64,000 bases of DNA from Chitinophaga pinensis (lineage in GTDB: Bacteria; Bacteroidota; Bacteroidia; Flavobacteriales_D; Crocinitomicaceae). The notes beneath the pieces are model-generated. The model saw nothing but the letters and a program-made list of their open reading frames with translations. It was not told the origin of the DNA and searched no databases. This document shows, piece after piece, positions 43,318 through 52,255 of the stretch. Location: contig CAMCYF010000008.1 in NCBI GenBank assembly GCA_945883825.1, positions 15,190 to 79,189 on the forward strand. Direction: 5' to 3'. The translations under genes were made by a program, and so were the position numbers. Numbering within the stretch: position 1 is the stretch's first letter; every line of letters starts with the position of its first letter.

Positions 43318-43908
43318 ATGAAAAGAATTTTTGACATTCTTTTTTCCTTAATTATTATCCTTTGTTTTTTTCCATTTGGATTAATTCTCTCTGTACTAAT
43401 TAAATTAAGTTCCTCTGGAGGCGTATTTTACAGTCAAATTCGAATTGGAAAAAATGCTAAGCCCTTTAAAATCTATAAGTTTAGATCTATGAAAATAGAT
43501 TCCGATCATTCTCAAAAATTAACAATTGGAATGAAGGATCCGCGCATAACAAGTATTGGCTTTTTTATCCGCAAATATAAATTAGATGAATTTCCTCAAT
43601 TTATAAATGTTTTAATCGGAAATATGAGCATTGTTGGTCCGAGACCAGAAGTGAAAGAATATGTTAACCGTTATTCCGATGAACAAAGAAAAATCCTTAG
43701 CCTGAAGCCAGGCATTACAGATTATGCATCAATAGAATATTTTAAAGAGAATGAACTTTTAGCTGCTTCTTCAGACCCTGAAAAAACATACATTGAAGAA
43801 ATTATGCCTGCAAAATTAAAGCTGAATGAAAAATACTTAGAGAATCAAAGTCTAGGTCACGATATCCAAATTATTTGGAAAACTATTAAAAAAGTTATTA
43901 AAAATTAA
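43318..43908 (+). CDS. Small (PglC/WecA-independent type) undecaprenyl-phosphate sugar phosphotransferase
   Basis: 196 aa. One N-terminal re-entrant hydrophobic helix, then ...KIYKFRSM...DEFPQFINVLIGNMSIVGPRPE..., the bacterial sugar transferase signature. Confidence 0.88.
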   Translation: MKRIFDILFSLIIILCFFPFGLILSVLIKLSSSGGVFYSQIRIGKNAKPFKIYKFRSMKIDSDHSQKLTIGMKDPRITSIGFFIRKYKLDEFPQFINVLIGNMSIVGPRPEVKEYVNRYSDEQRKILSLKPGITDYASIEYFKENELLAASSDPEKTYIEEIMPAKLKLNEKYLENQSLGHDIQIIWKTIKKVIKN

Positions 43909-43977
43909 TTTGTTTTTGTTGGATAAACTCAACTTATTCACTAACTTAATGTAGATAATGTTTAAATTATTCTATTT

Positions 43978-45522
43978 ATGTTAGTCAAAACCTACTCCAG
44001 TACAGTGTTTGGAATAAATGCCACCACCATTACAATCGAAGTAAATTTAGAAATCGGTATTAACTTTTATTTAGTGGGGCTTCCGGATAATGCAGTAAAA
44101 GAAAGTCAGCAACGTATAAAAGCTGCATTTAAAAATAATAATCTCAAATTTCCAGGTAGAGAAATTACCGTAAATATGGCCCCAGCTGATATTCGCAAAG
44201 AAGGTTCTGTTTTTGATTTACCAATTGCCATAGGAATTTTAGCGGTGAGCAAGCAAGTAAAATTAGAATTACTTAGCAACTATATTTTAATTGGAGAACT
44301 CTCACTTGATGGCTCAATTCAAGCAACTAGAGGAGTTTTGGCAATTGCGCTTCAAGCAAAACAAGAGGGATTTAAAGGAATCATCGTTCCTAAAGCAAAT
44401 GCACTCGAGGCTGCTGTTGTAAATGATTTGGAAGTCTATGGTGCTGAAAATTTAGCTGAAGTAATTCAGTTTTTAAACCAAGAAGAAGGAGGAATGCAAC
44501 AAATAATTGTTGATGTAGAAAAGCAATTTGGACAATTAATTGAGGACTTTGAGCTTGATTTTAGAGATGTAAAAGGACAAATGAACATTAAAAGAGCCTT
44601 TGAAATTGCAGCTTCTGGTGGTCACAATGTTATTTTAATTGGCCCACCTGGCTCAGGGAAATCAATGCTAGCAAAACGATTAGGAAGTATTTTACCACCT
44701 ATGAGTTTAGATGAAGCACTAGAAACTACAAAAATTCATAGTGTAGCGGGTAAAGTCAAAGGACAAGTTGGAATTATTTCTCAAAGACCATTTAGAAAAC
44801 CACATCACACTATTTCTGATATTGGATTAATCGGCGGTGGATCTTATCCGCAACCTGGAGAGATTTCTTTGGCTCACAATGGCGTTCTTTTTTTAGATGA
44901 ATTGCCAGAATACAAAAGAACAGTGCTAGAAGTCATGCGACAACCCTTAGAAGATCGAACTGTTAATATTTCTCGAGCAAAATTCTCAATCGACTATCCA
45001 GCTAGTTTTATGTTAGTTGCAGCAATGAATCCATGTCCATGTGGCTACTACAATCACCCCGAAAAAGAATGTGTATGCGGGCCTGGAGTTGTGCAAAGAT
45101 ATTTAAACAAAATTTCTGGCCCTTTACTTGATAGGATAGATATTCATATTGAAGTAACCCCAGTTTCTTTTGATGAATTAGCAAATTCCAAACCAAGTGA
45201 AGGAAGTAAAGAAATAAGAGAGCGTGTAGGAGCTGCTAGAACAATTCAGAAAAACAGGTATCTATTAAGAAATGGAATTCACTGCAATGCGCAAATGTCA
45301 ATGAAAGAGTTTGAAGAACACTGTAATATTGATAATGCAGGAAGTCAGTTATTAAAAACTGCAATGGATAAAATGGGGCTTTCTGCTCGTGCTTATGATC
45401 GAATACTAAAAGTTGCTAGAACCATTGCGGATCTTGACCAAGTAGAAAATATTGAAGCAATACATATTGCAGAAGCAATACAGTATAGAACCTTAGATAG
45501 ATGTAGATGGTCACTAAACTAA
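43978..45522 (+). CDS. comM: YifB/ComM-family Mg-chelatase-like AAA+ ATPase
   Basis: 514 aa. N-terminal Lon-like domain, Walker A GPPGSGKS, ...GVLFLDELPE..., and a C-terminal ChlI-like helical domain. Confidence 0.9.
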   Translation: MLVKTYSSTVFGINATTITIEVNLEIGINFYLVGLPDNAVKESQQRIKAAFKNNNLKFPGREITVNMAPADIRKEGSVFDLPIAIGILAVSKQVKLELLSNYILIGELSLDGSIQATRGVLAIALQAKQEGFKGIIVPKANALEAAVVNDLEVYGAENLAEVIQFLNQEEGGMQQIIVDVEKQFGQLIEDFELDFRDVKGQMNIKRAFEIAASGGHNVILIGPPGSGKSMLAKRLGSILPPMSLDEALETTKIHSVAGKVKGQVGIISQRPFRKPHHTISDIGLIGGGSYPQPGEISLAHNGVLFLDELPEYKRTVLEVMRQPLEDRTVNISRAKFSIDYPASFMLVAAMNPCPCGYYNHPEKECVCGPGVVQRYLNKISGPLLDRIDIHIEVTPVSFDELANSKPSEGSKEIRERVGAARTIQKNRYLLRNGIHCNAQMSMKEFEEHCNIDNAGSQLLKTAMDKMGLSARAYDRILKVARTIADLDQVENIEAIHIAEAIQYRTLDRCRWSLN

Positions 45523-45598
45523 ATGAAACATTTTGATAATCCTAATTTAACAACATTGAAAATATATTATTAAGTTTATAATCAAATATTTATATATT

Positions 45599-45940
45599 TT
45601 GAGTATACCAAAGCAAATATCTATAATATTATTAATTACAATTTCTCTCTTTTCTTCTTGCTCAAAGGAAAAATACCCAATAGTAAAATACAAAATAAAT
45701 ACATCTTCCTCGACCCAAATTTTATATTCCATGGTAACACCAACTCTTACACAAGAAACAGTAAGTGGGAGTTGGACACTCTCTTTTCGGTATTCTAGAG
45801 GAAAGAAAGTCTTTCTTTCTGCCTTAACTCCTCTATTAGGGTCAACTACCATTTCTGTTTATATAAATAATGAACTTCTTTCGACAAAATCAAGCCAAAA
45901 TACAGGTGAACTCATTGTTATAGATGAAGAAATTCCATAG
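45599..45940 (+). CDS. Small hypothetical lipoprotein
   Basis: 113 aa from TTG 45599. Signal peptide with lipobox ISLFSSC. Preferred over the overlapping minus-strand ORF 45547..45852, which has no such feature. Confidence 0.5.
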   Translation: MSIPKQISIILLITISLFSSCSKEKYPIVKYKINTSSSTQILYSMVTPTLTQETVSGSWTLSFRYSRGKKVFLSALTPLLGSTTISVYINNELLSTKSSQNTGELIVIDEEIP

Positions 45941-46038
45941 CGACCTAGATATTAAGAAAAAGTTAGCATTTTGATATACCTAAGAGTAATTGATAAAGTT
46001 AAAAGGGAAAACACATGACATTTTTAAAAAGAAATTAG

Positions 46039-46046
46039 TATATTTG
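46039..46046 (+). promoter_or_regulatory. -7 box TAtaTTTG upstream of tRNA-His
   Basis: Exact TAnnTTTG match ending 12 nt before the tRNA 5' end (G-1 at 46059). Confidence 0.5.
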
Positions 46047-46058
46047 TTCCTCTTAAAT

Positions 46059-46135
46059 GGAGGTTGTAGCTCAGTTGGTTAGAGCGTCGGTTTGTGGTAC
46101 CGAAGGTCGCGGGTTCGAGACCCGTCTCCCTCCCA
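46059..46135 (+). tRNA. tRNA-His (anticodon GTG) with an encoded G-1
   Basis: Hand fold: G-1, acceptor GAGGTTG, TA, D-arm GCTC/AGTTGGTTA/GAGC, anticodon arm TCGGT/TTGTGGT/ACCGA, variable loop AGGTC, T-arm GCGGG/TTCGAGA/CCCGT, acceptor 3' strand CTCCCTC, C73. CCA is not fully encoded. Positions 5:68 and 6:67 of the acceptor stem are mismatched. Confidence 0.85.
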
Positions 46136-46140
46136 TTTTA

Positions 46141-46168
46141 AAAAGGCTGATTAAATTCGGCCTTTTTT
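46141..46168. terminator. Bidirectional rho-independent terminator between tRNA-His and the convergent minus-strand operon
   Basis: AAAAGGCTGA (46141-46150) pairs with TCGGCCTTTT (46057+100 region, 46157-46166) around a 6-nt loop. The A-run and T-run flanks allow termination in both directions. Confidence 0.7.
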
Positions 46169-46195
46169 ATTTCTGTGTAATTTATTCGTAAAAGA

Positions 46196-47335
46196 TTAAT
46201 TAGTATCCCAATCAAAACGCTTTTTCTGATATGGAAAGATATCTATAAGTTCTCCTGAATAATAAAATTCAAAAGCGACAGCACCAAAGGTATATTGACT
46301 TTCTCCAACTTGATAATTTGAGCCTCCGACACTCGGATTTTTCTTTGGCTTTGATTTACTATAGCCTAAGTTAAAAAGTGATGCTAAAATTTCAGGTCGA
46401 TTGTCCAATGGATATCCGGCACGTTCCCATTGCATTTTTATTTGTTTTACAAAAAGTGCAGCATATAAATAGGAATAATAATGGTCATTGAATTGAACGA
46501 GGCGTCTTAATCGAACACTCATTGTATCATTTATCGAATTAATATAGCTTTGCGTACTATCATAATCTAAAAGATGCTCGTATTTTTTTCCTAAATAATA
46601 TTCGCTTTTGGGGTCTTTAAGATAACGTTCAATATTCATAGCTGTATGTTCTTTTATACCTGTTACACCGTAAGAAAGATTATTTTCCAATACCAATGAT
46701 TGCAGTGGACTTATATATTTTTTAAACGACTCACGTCTTGAATTAAACAAGCGAATTTGTTCTCCGGCAAGACAAGAAACTATTAATCTGCCTTCAACTC
46801 CTGTTATTTTTGCAACAGAATCAATACATTTTTTATCTTTTTGAACAGCAATTCTAAATGCTTTCCATTCCCCTACATTCATCCAATCAAATACACTCAA
46901 ACCTGTTGTTTTTCTTTTTTTTAATTTACTATTGCGCATCTCTTGAAGTGCATATCGGTATTCTTGATTAGATTTCATTTTTAAATCTACAGCATCAAGC
47001 ATTTGAAGTGTTAATTTTTCATCTTGATTTCTAGCCCAAGCATCCAAAATATATTTTGCATTTAAAGGATAAAATTCATTTAACACAATAATGCGATTTA
47101 GAGCCTCATAACGGTATTTTTGCATTGAAATACTGTCAATTCTGAAGGACTGATTGTATTTATCATGCATGTTTTGAAAATAGCGATTATTGGAATCAAT
47201 CATGCCACTATCTTTTGTCCATTCAAATTTCATTGCAAAATATGTTACAGTCAAGAAAAAGCCATAAATAGAAAAAGCATACAATAAAATAGTATAAGGA
47301 ATTCTAAACCATTTATTTTTAAAAAACTTAAGCAT
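46196..47335 (-). CDS. Hypothetical membrane-anchored protein
   Basis: 379 aa with a single N-terminal TM helix (IPYTILLYAFSIYGFFLTVTYFA). The remainder is soluble and I recognise no family. Last gene of the TBDR-DUF1015-yggS-cdd operon. Confidence 0.6.
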   Translation of the reverse strand: MLKFFKNKWFRIPYTILLYAFSIYGFFLTVTYFAMKFEWTKDSGMIDSNNRYFQNMHDKYNQSFRIDSISMQKYRYEALNRIIVLNEFYPLNAKYILDAWARNQDEKLTLQMLDAVDLKMKSNQEYRYALQEMRNSKLKKRKTTGLSVFDWMNVGEWKAFRIAVQKDKKCIDSVAKITGVEGRLIVSCLAGEQIRLFNSRRESFKKYISPLQSLVLENNLSYGVTGIKEHTAMNIERYLKDPKSEYYLGKKYEHLLDYDSTQSYINSINDTMSVRLRRLVQFNDHYYSYLYAALFVKQIKMQWERAGYPLDNRPEILASLFNLGYSKSKPKKNPSVGGSNYQVGESQYTFGAVAFEFYYSGELIDIFPYQKKRFDWDTN

Positions 47336-47366
47336 AAGCGATAGAAAAATTTTAATTCATGATTAT

Positions 47367-47843
47367 TTATTGGAATGTACCGAAGCCAAAAGGCAATAAA
47401 TTTTGGACAGAATCTATGCACATAGTTCTATTATCTTGATTTACAAGAATAATACGAATAGGTTTATTTTGACGGTTTTCAGATTCAAGCATCACCTGTC
47501 GGCAAGCGCCGCAGGGAGAAAGTAGCTGACTTATAGGCATTAAATCTCCTTTGGCAACAATACAAATCAAATCAACTGCTATTCCAGGAAATTGAGCGCC
47601 AGCATGAAATAACGCTACTCTTTCTGCGCAAAGTCCAGAGGGATAAGCGATATTTTCTTGATTATTTCCTTGAATTATCTGACCGTCTTCTAAAAGAAGT
47701 GCTGCACCAACTTTAAACTTGCTGTAAGGAGCATATGCCTTTTCCATCGCTTCAAAAGCTTTGTTAACTACAGATATATCTATTGTCTGAAGACTTTCCC
47801 AATTTGGATAAAGTTGAAATTTAAAGCTGTATTCTTTTTGCAC
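47367..47843 (-). CDS. cdd: Cytidine deaminase
   Basis: 158 aa. Zinc-binding motifs CAERVALF and PCGACRQ. Confidence 0.9.
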   Translation of the reverse strand: MQKEYSFKFQLYPNWESLQTIDISVVNKAFEAMEKAYAPYSKFKVGAALLLEDGQIIQGNNQENIAYPSGLCAERVALFHAGAQFPGIAVDLICIVAKGDLMPISQLLSPCGACRQVMLESENRQNKPIRIILVNQDNRTMCIDSVQNLLPFGFGTFQ

Positions 47844-47895
47844 CTAAAGCTATACGCAAAAGGATTTCTTTTGTTCCGAAAAATCTAAAATTAAA

Positions 47896-48549
47896 CTAAG
47901 AGAATAGAGAACTCCCAATTCGCACCATTGTGCTACCTTCTTCAATAGCAAGTTGAAAATCACCACTCATACCCATTGAAACTTCTTTAAAAGAGGTTTG
48001 ATCTGAGAAATAGTTGTGTTTTATTTCACTAAATATAGCCTGCAAAGCTTTGAATTCATTTCTAATTTGAATTTTGTCATCTACAAAAGATGCCATTCCC
48101 ATTACGCCTATAATTTTAATATTTTGTAATGCTGAATAACTTTCAGACGATAATAATAGCTTCGCCTCTTCCCTACTCAATCCAAACTTCGTTTCTTCAT
48201 CTGCAATATGAAATTGTAAAAGACAAGCTATAACTCTGTTGTGTTTTAATGCTTGTTTATTTATTTCTTGAAGTAATTTCAAACTATCTACAGCATGAAT
48301 CAAATGAACAAATTCAGCAATGTATTTTACTTTGTTGGTTTGTAAATGTCCAATTAAATGCCATTGAATATCTTTTGGAAGTGCACTGGCTTTTTCGCTC
48401 AACTCTTGCACTTTATTTTCTCCAAAATGCCTCTGCCCTAAATTATATGCTTCTAAAATTATTTCCTTTGGCTGAGTCTTAGAAACAGCAACTAGGCAAA
48501 CATTTTCTGGAATTTGAGACCTAATAATTTTAAAATTTTCAGAAATCAT
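47896..48549 (-). CDS. yggS: YggS-family pyridoxal-phosphate homeostasis protein
   Basis: 217 aa. ...LVAVSKTQP... (PLP lysine), ...HLIGHLQTNKVK..., and a C-terminal MGMSGDF motif. Confidence 0.9.
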   Translation of the reverse strand: MISENFKIIRSQIPENVCLVAVSKTQPKEIILEAYNLGQRHFGENKVQELSEKASALPKDIQWHLIGHLQTNKVKYIAEFVHLIHAVDSLKLLQEINKQALKHNRVIACLLQFHIADEETKFGLSREEAKLLLSSESYSALQNIKIIGVMGMASFVDDKIQIRNEFKALQAIFSEIKHNYFSDQTSFKEVSMGMSGDFQLAIEEGSTMVRIGSSLFS

Positions 48550-49778
48550 TCGTTGATAGAATAAATCGTCAAACCGCTTCTTAATTTTGGTTCAAGCCAA
48601 GTAGATTTTGGAGGCATATTTAATCCTTCATCAGCAACTTTGTTGACTTGTTCAATTGTTAGAGGAAAGAGTAGAAATGCAAGAGCACATTTTCCTGCCG
48701 CTAATTTTTCTTCAATGTCTTTTAAAGGAATATTTCCAGGACTAAACTCAATGTTATCGCTATTTTTTAAATCTTTAATTCCCAGAATTGGTGCTAATAT
48801 AAAGTCGCTTAAAATTGATGAATCAATTGAACTCACACTATTTTTTTTATCAATCAAATGAGCAAATAATTCAAAAGAAAAATAGTCTCTTTCAAAGCAA
48901 ACTGTAAATTGGTGCTCTTTAATTGGTTTACGAATTTCATTTAATGGTGTTATAGTTCCAATATTTTTTAAGGCGGATAAAAAAGTTTCTTTTGTATGTG
49001 ATTTTAAATCTTTAAGCAATCGATTGTACTCTAGTACTTTTAAGCTTTTTTCGGCTACTAAAAAAGAAAGGAAATACGAGCATTTTGAAGTTTCGAGGCC
49101 CTTTTGTTTTCTTTCTTTATACAAGCGAGCTGATGATGCTGTTCTGTGATGACCATCTGCAATATAAGTCGCTTCAATTACCAAAAATGCTTTTTGAATA
49201 GCTGCTGAGTCTTCAACTGAGAGAATCCATAATTCGTGCTTTATACGATCTGTGGTCGTAAACTCATATTCAGGTCGAACAAGGACAGCAGTACTTAATA
49301 ATTCCGCTATTTCATCTGTTTCACTGTAGGAAAGTAAAACTGGCTCAGCATTAAATCCTACTACATCCAGATAATTTGTAAACATCGTTTCTCTTTCCGA
49401 TAATGTTTCTTCGTGTTTTTTTATTTTTCCAGTAGTATACTCTTCAATACTTGATCCTGCAATAACTCCAGTAAAAACTCGCTCTTCTGTTGTTTGCCGA
49501 TAAATATATATTCGTGGACTTTCATCTTTTATTAAAATCCCATCATTTAAAAAGTCAGCATAGCCTTTTTTTACAAGCTCAAATCGTTCTGTAGAATTCG
49601 CCTTTGTTTGAATGGTTTTTCCAAATTCAGGATTTATAATATGTAAAAATGTAAAAGGATTTGACTCTAATTTTGCTTCTAAAACATTCTTTTTATAGGA
49701 GTAATATGGACGAGTAGCAACTAGATGAACTTTATCACGAACGGGTCTTATCGCTGAAAAAGGTGAAATATCTGCCAT
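48546..49778 (-). CDS. DUF1015-family protein
   Basis: 410 aa. MADISPFSAIRP... start and the ADGHHR motif typical of DUF1015. Overlaps yggS by 4 nt. Confidence 0.8.
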   Translation of the reverse strand: MADISPFSAIRPVRDKVHLVATRPYYSYKKNVLEAKLESNPFTFLHIINPEFGKTIQTKANSTERFELVKKGYADFLNDGILIKDESPRIYIYRQTTEERVFTGVIAGSSIEEYTTGKIKKHEETLSERETMFTNYLDVVGFNAEPVLLSYSETDEIAELLSTAVLVRPEYEFTTTDRIKHELWILSVEDSAAIQKAFLVIEATYIADGHHRTASSARLYKERKQKGLETSKCSYFLSFLVAEKSLKVLEYNRLLKDLKSHTKETFLSALKNIGTITPLNEIRKPIKEHQFTVCFERDYFSFELFAHLIDKKNSVSSIDSSILSDFILAPILGIKDLKNSDNIEFSPGNIPLKDIEEKLAAGKCALAFLLFPLTIEQVNKVADEGLNMPPKSTWLEPKLRSGLTIYSINE

Positions 49779-49781
49779 AAA

Positions 49782-52121
49782 TTAAAACTTATAACTCAAT
49801 CCAAAGCTTGGTAATAAAGGAAATTGATAAATTTCTTTTCCGGAAACACGATTTACGTAGAAGATATTATTACGGTTATAAACATTTGTAACACTAGCGA
49901 TGACCTCAATAACATTTTTATTTTTTAAATTAAATTGCTTTTTAAATGTGATATCCAAGCGATGATAATAAGGCAATCTTTGACTATTAAAATCTCCTAA
50001 TATTGTCGAAACAGTTGATGGATTTGTCTGATTTGGATTTGTAGTGACTCCATTTCCGAAAGTCTCTTCTTGAAAAAATCCTGCGGTTGGCGTAAAGGGT
50101 AATCCTGATCCCAAATTCCATCTTATATTTACCTCTGAGTCTTTTTTCTTTCCAAAAAGATAAGATCCTACTAAATTCAAATTATGACGTCTATCAAAGA
50201 CAGGGAAATACGATTGGAATCCATCCCATCGTGTACTTTTACCTAATGAATAAACACACCAAATAAAAATTCTATTTTTATTATACTTTAATAAGAAATC
50301 TACTCCATAAGATTGTCCTGATTCCAAAATAAAATCTTTTTTATATACATCATCAATTTCAGAAAACTGAGAAACATCATCGTACAATTTATTAGGATTT
50401 ATATTACTTAACTGTGAGAAATATTTGTAATAACCTTCTACATTCAAATTCAAATATTTATTAAAATCGTATTCAAAACCGCCAATTGCATGCCAAGCAT
50501 ATTGAAGACCATTTTTTGCATTAATTGTTTTTTGAAATTCGTTGACAAAATTTTCCTGAACATTTGTAGGTGCAGAAAGCATTCCATTAAAAAGATTAAC
50601 AACATCTTTATCAGATGACGCTGATGTAAAGTTTTGAGAAAATCGACCTCCTGAGAATTTGAGTCGAAAATTTTCGTTTGCATTGTACTTTAATCCAAGT
50701 CGCGGTTCTGGCGAAATAGTGCCAAGTGAAGTATACGCTTGAATTCTCATTCCAACTTGAATCACCCAGCGATCTGCTAATTTTCTATAATTGAAATAAC
50801 CTCCTATTTCAGTTGTAAAATTTTCAACTTGAATTTTTCGTTCTAACTCATTGAAGGTAACAAAATTTGTATTGAAACCATTAAAATTAAATCCATAATT
50901 CATTTCCCCTTCGTTCTTTAAAAAATAGGAAAAATCAAAGCCAAGGTCAAAACCACCAATACTAGAAAACCTTGGTTCTAAACTCGCCTCAGAAAAAGTT
51001 GTTTTAAAGGTGCTACCATTTACATGTCCTCTGATAAAAACCGGAGATCCACTTGGAACCATCAAGAAATTGATTCCACCACCTGAAGCTTGCCAATTCA
51101 AATCTGCAATCTCATAATTTACGCTATCTTGATTGTGAAATCCAAAGGCACTAAATTTTGAGCCTCCATCTCCTGTAAAAGTTACTTTTCCATATAAATC
51201 TGTGAAATTAAAAGGCAATCCATTTCCATCATTTACTCTTGGATACAGTGATTTGGATGTATAGTCTAACAAGCTATGCTTCGCGGAAAATAAATAAGAA
51301 CCTGATCTCAATTCATTTTTTTTAGCCTTTCCTATTGGGCCCTCCAATACCATTTTTGCTAGGAAAGGTGAGGCTGAAACTTTCCCTGAAAACTTTTGAC
51401 GGTTGCCGTCTTTATAGGTAATATCCATAACAGAAGAAATTCTTCCGCCGTACTTGGACTCGAAACCACCCGTATAAATATCAACATTTTTAATAAGTTC
51501 AGTTTCAAAGATGGAAAAGAAACCGATAGAATGAAATGGATTATAAATTGTCATCCCATCTAGAAGAATTTTATTTTGAATTGGTGTTCCTCCACGAACG
51601 TAAAGCTGTCCGCCTTGATCACCAGTAGTAACTACTCCTGGAGTAACACTAAAGGCACCAACAATATCATTCTCAGCTCCATAACTCGGAATTCTTTCCA
51701 AACCTTTTTGATCCAATTTTAGTTCTGAAATTCCAACTTGAGTTCGCTTTGTTTTACTCTCAGCACTAACTTTTATTTCATCAAACTGTTTAATGTTTTC
51801 TTTTTTAACGAGCTCAAATTTTACGTCATAAATTCTAGTTTTAGCGGTCATAACAATATCTTTAAACGCTCGCTCATACTTTTGATTCTCAATTTTTAGA
51901 ATGTAGGTTCCAATAATTAATTTAGGAATTGAGAAAAATCCATTAATATCAGAAACTGCTCCAGCAACAACACTACTATCTGTATTTAAAAGTTTCACCT
52001 TTTCATAAGCCATCGCTTCTCCATTTGACTTATCGTAAATAAAACCTCTAACTGTAAAATCTTGTGAAAAAAGTACTTGTGAAAAAAAAAGAAATAATAG
52101 ACTGTAGAGAAGTTTCGACAT
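49782..52121 (-). CDS. TonB-dependent receptor with an N-terminal carboxypeptidase-regulatory-like domain
   Basis: Signal peptide from ATG 52121 (MSKLLYSLLFLFFSQVLFSQ), a CarbopepD_reg-like beta-sandwich, a plug (...IPSYGAENDIVGAF...DQGGQLYVRGG...), a long beta-barrel and a terminal aromatic residue (...GLSYKF). The track start at 52160 adds 13 residues before the signal peptide. Confidence 0.88.
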   Translation of the reverse strand: MSKLLYSLLFLFFSQVLFSQDFTVRGFIYDKSNGEAMAYEKVKLLNTDSSVVAGAVSDINGFFSIPKLIIGTYILKIENQKYERAFKDIVMTAKTRIYDVKFELVKKENIKQFDEIKVSAESKTKRTQVGISELKLDQKGLERIPSYGAENDIVGAFSVTPGVVTTGDQGGQLYVRGGTPIQNKILLDGMTIYNPFHSIGFFSIFETELIKNVDIYTGGFESKYGGRISSVMDITYKDGNRQKFSGKVSASPFLAKMVLEGPIGKAKKNELRSGSYLFSAKHSLLDYTSKSLYPRVNDGNGLPFNFTDLYGKVTFTGDGGSKFSAFGFHNQDSVNYEIADLNWQASGGGINFLMVPSGSPVFIRGHVNGSTFKTTFSEASLEPRFSSIGGFDLGFDFSYFLKNEGEMNYGFNFNGFNTNFVTFNELERKIQVENFTTEIGGYFNYRKLADRWVIQVGMRIQAYTSLGTISPEPRLGLKYNANENFRLKFSGGRFSQNFTSASSDKDVVNLFNGMLSAPTNVQENFVNEFQKTINAKNGLQYAWHAIGGFEYDFNKYLNLNVEGYYKYFSQLSNINPNKLYDDVSQFSEIDDVYKKDFILESGQSYGVDFLLKYNKNRIFIWCVYSLGKSTRWDGFQSYFPVFDRRHNLNLVGSYLFGKKKDSEVNIRWNLGSGLPFTPTAGFFQEETFGNGVTTNPNQTNPSTVSTILGDFNSQRLPYYHRLDITFKKQFNLKNKNVIEVIASVTNVYNRNNIFYVNRVSGKEIYQFPLLPSFGLSYKF

Positions 52122-52240
52122 AGAATTTATTGTGCGCCAAAAATAATTAAATGAAAGCATAAAAACTATTTATTCAATTGAAAAATAGCAGAAAAATAAA
52201 GTGCTAGATTTAAAAATCCGTAAATTTCAATCCTATTTCG

Positions 52241-52248
52241 TACTTTTG
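52241..52248 (+). promoter_or_regulatory. -7 box TActTTTG only 7 nt upstream of the start codon of the OMP gene
   Basis: Exact TAnnTTTG match at 52241-52248; ATG at 52256. Confidence 0.4.
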
Positions 52249-52255
52249 GTTCAGC

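Noticed and set aside
45547-45852. 101-aa minus-strand ORF overlapping the small lipoprotein ORF
   Set aside because: It has no signal or family features. The + strand ORF has a clean lipoprotein signal peptide and is co-oriented with its neighbours.
46055-46138. Leader-trailer pairing AAATGGAGG / CCTCCCATTT around tRNA-His as evidence for a different tRNA register or an integration-site repeat
   Set aside because: Using that register would leave 5 nt between the acceptor and D stems, which is incompatible with a tRNA fold. The flanks are short and AT-rich, and no integrase or direct repeat of the tRNA 3' end occurs downstream.
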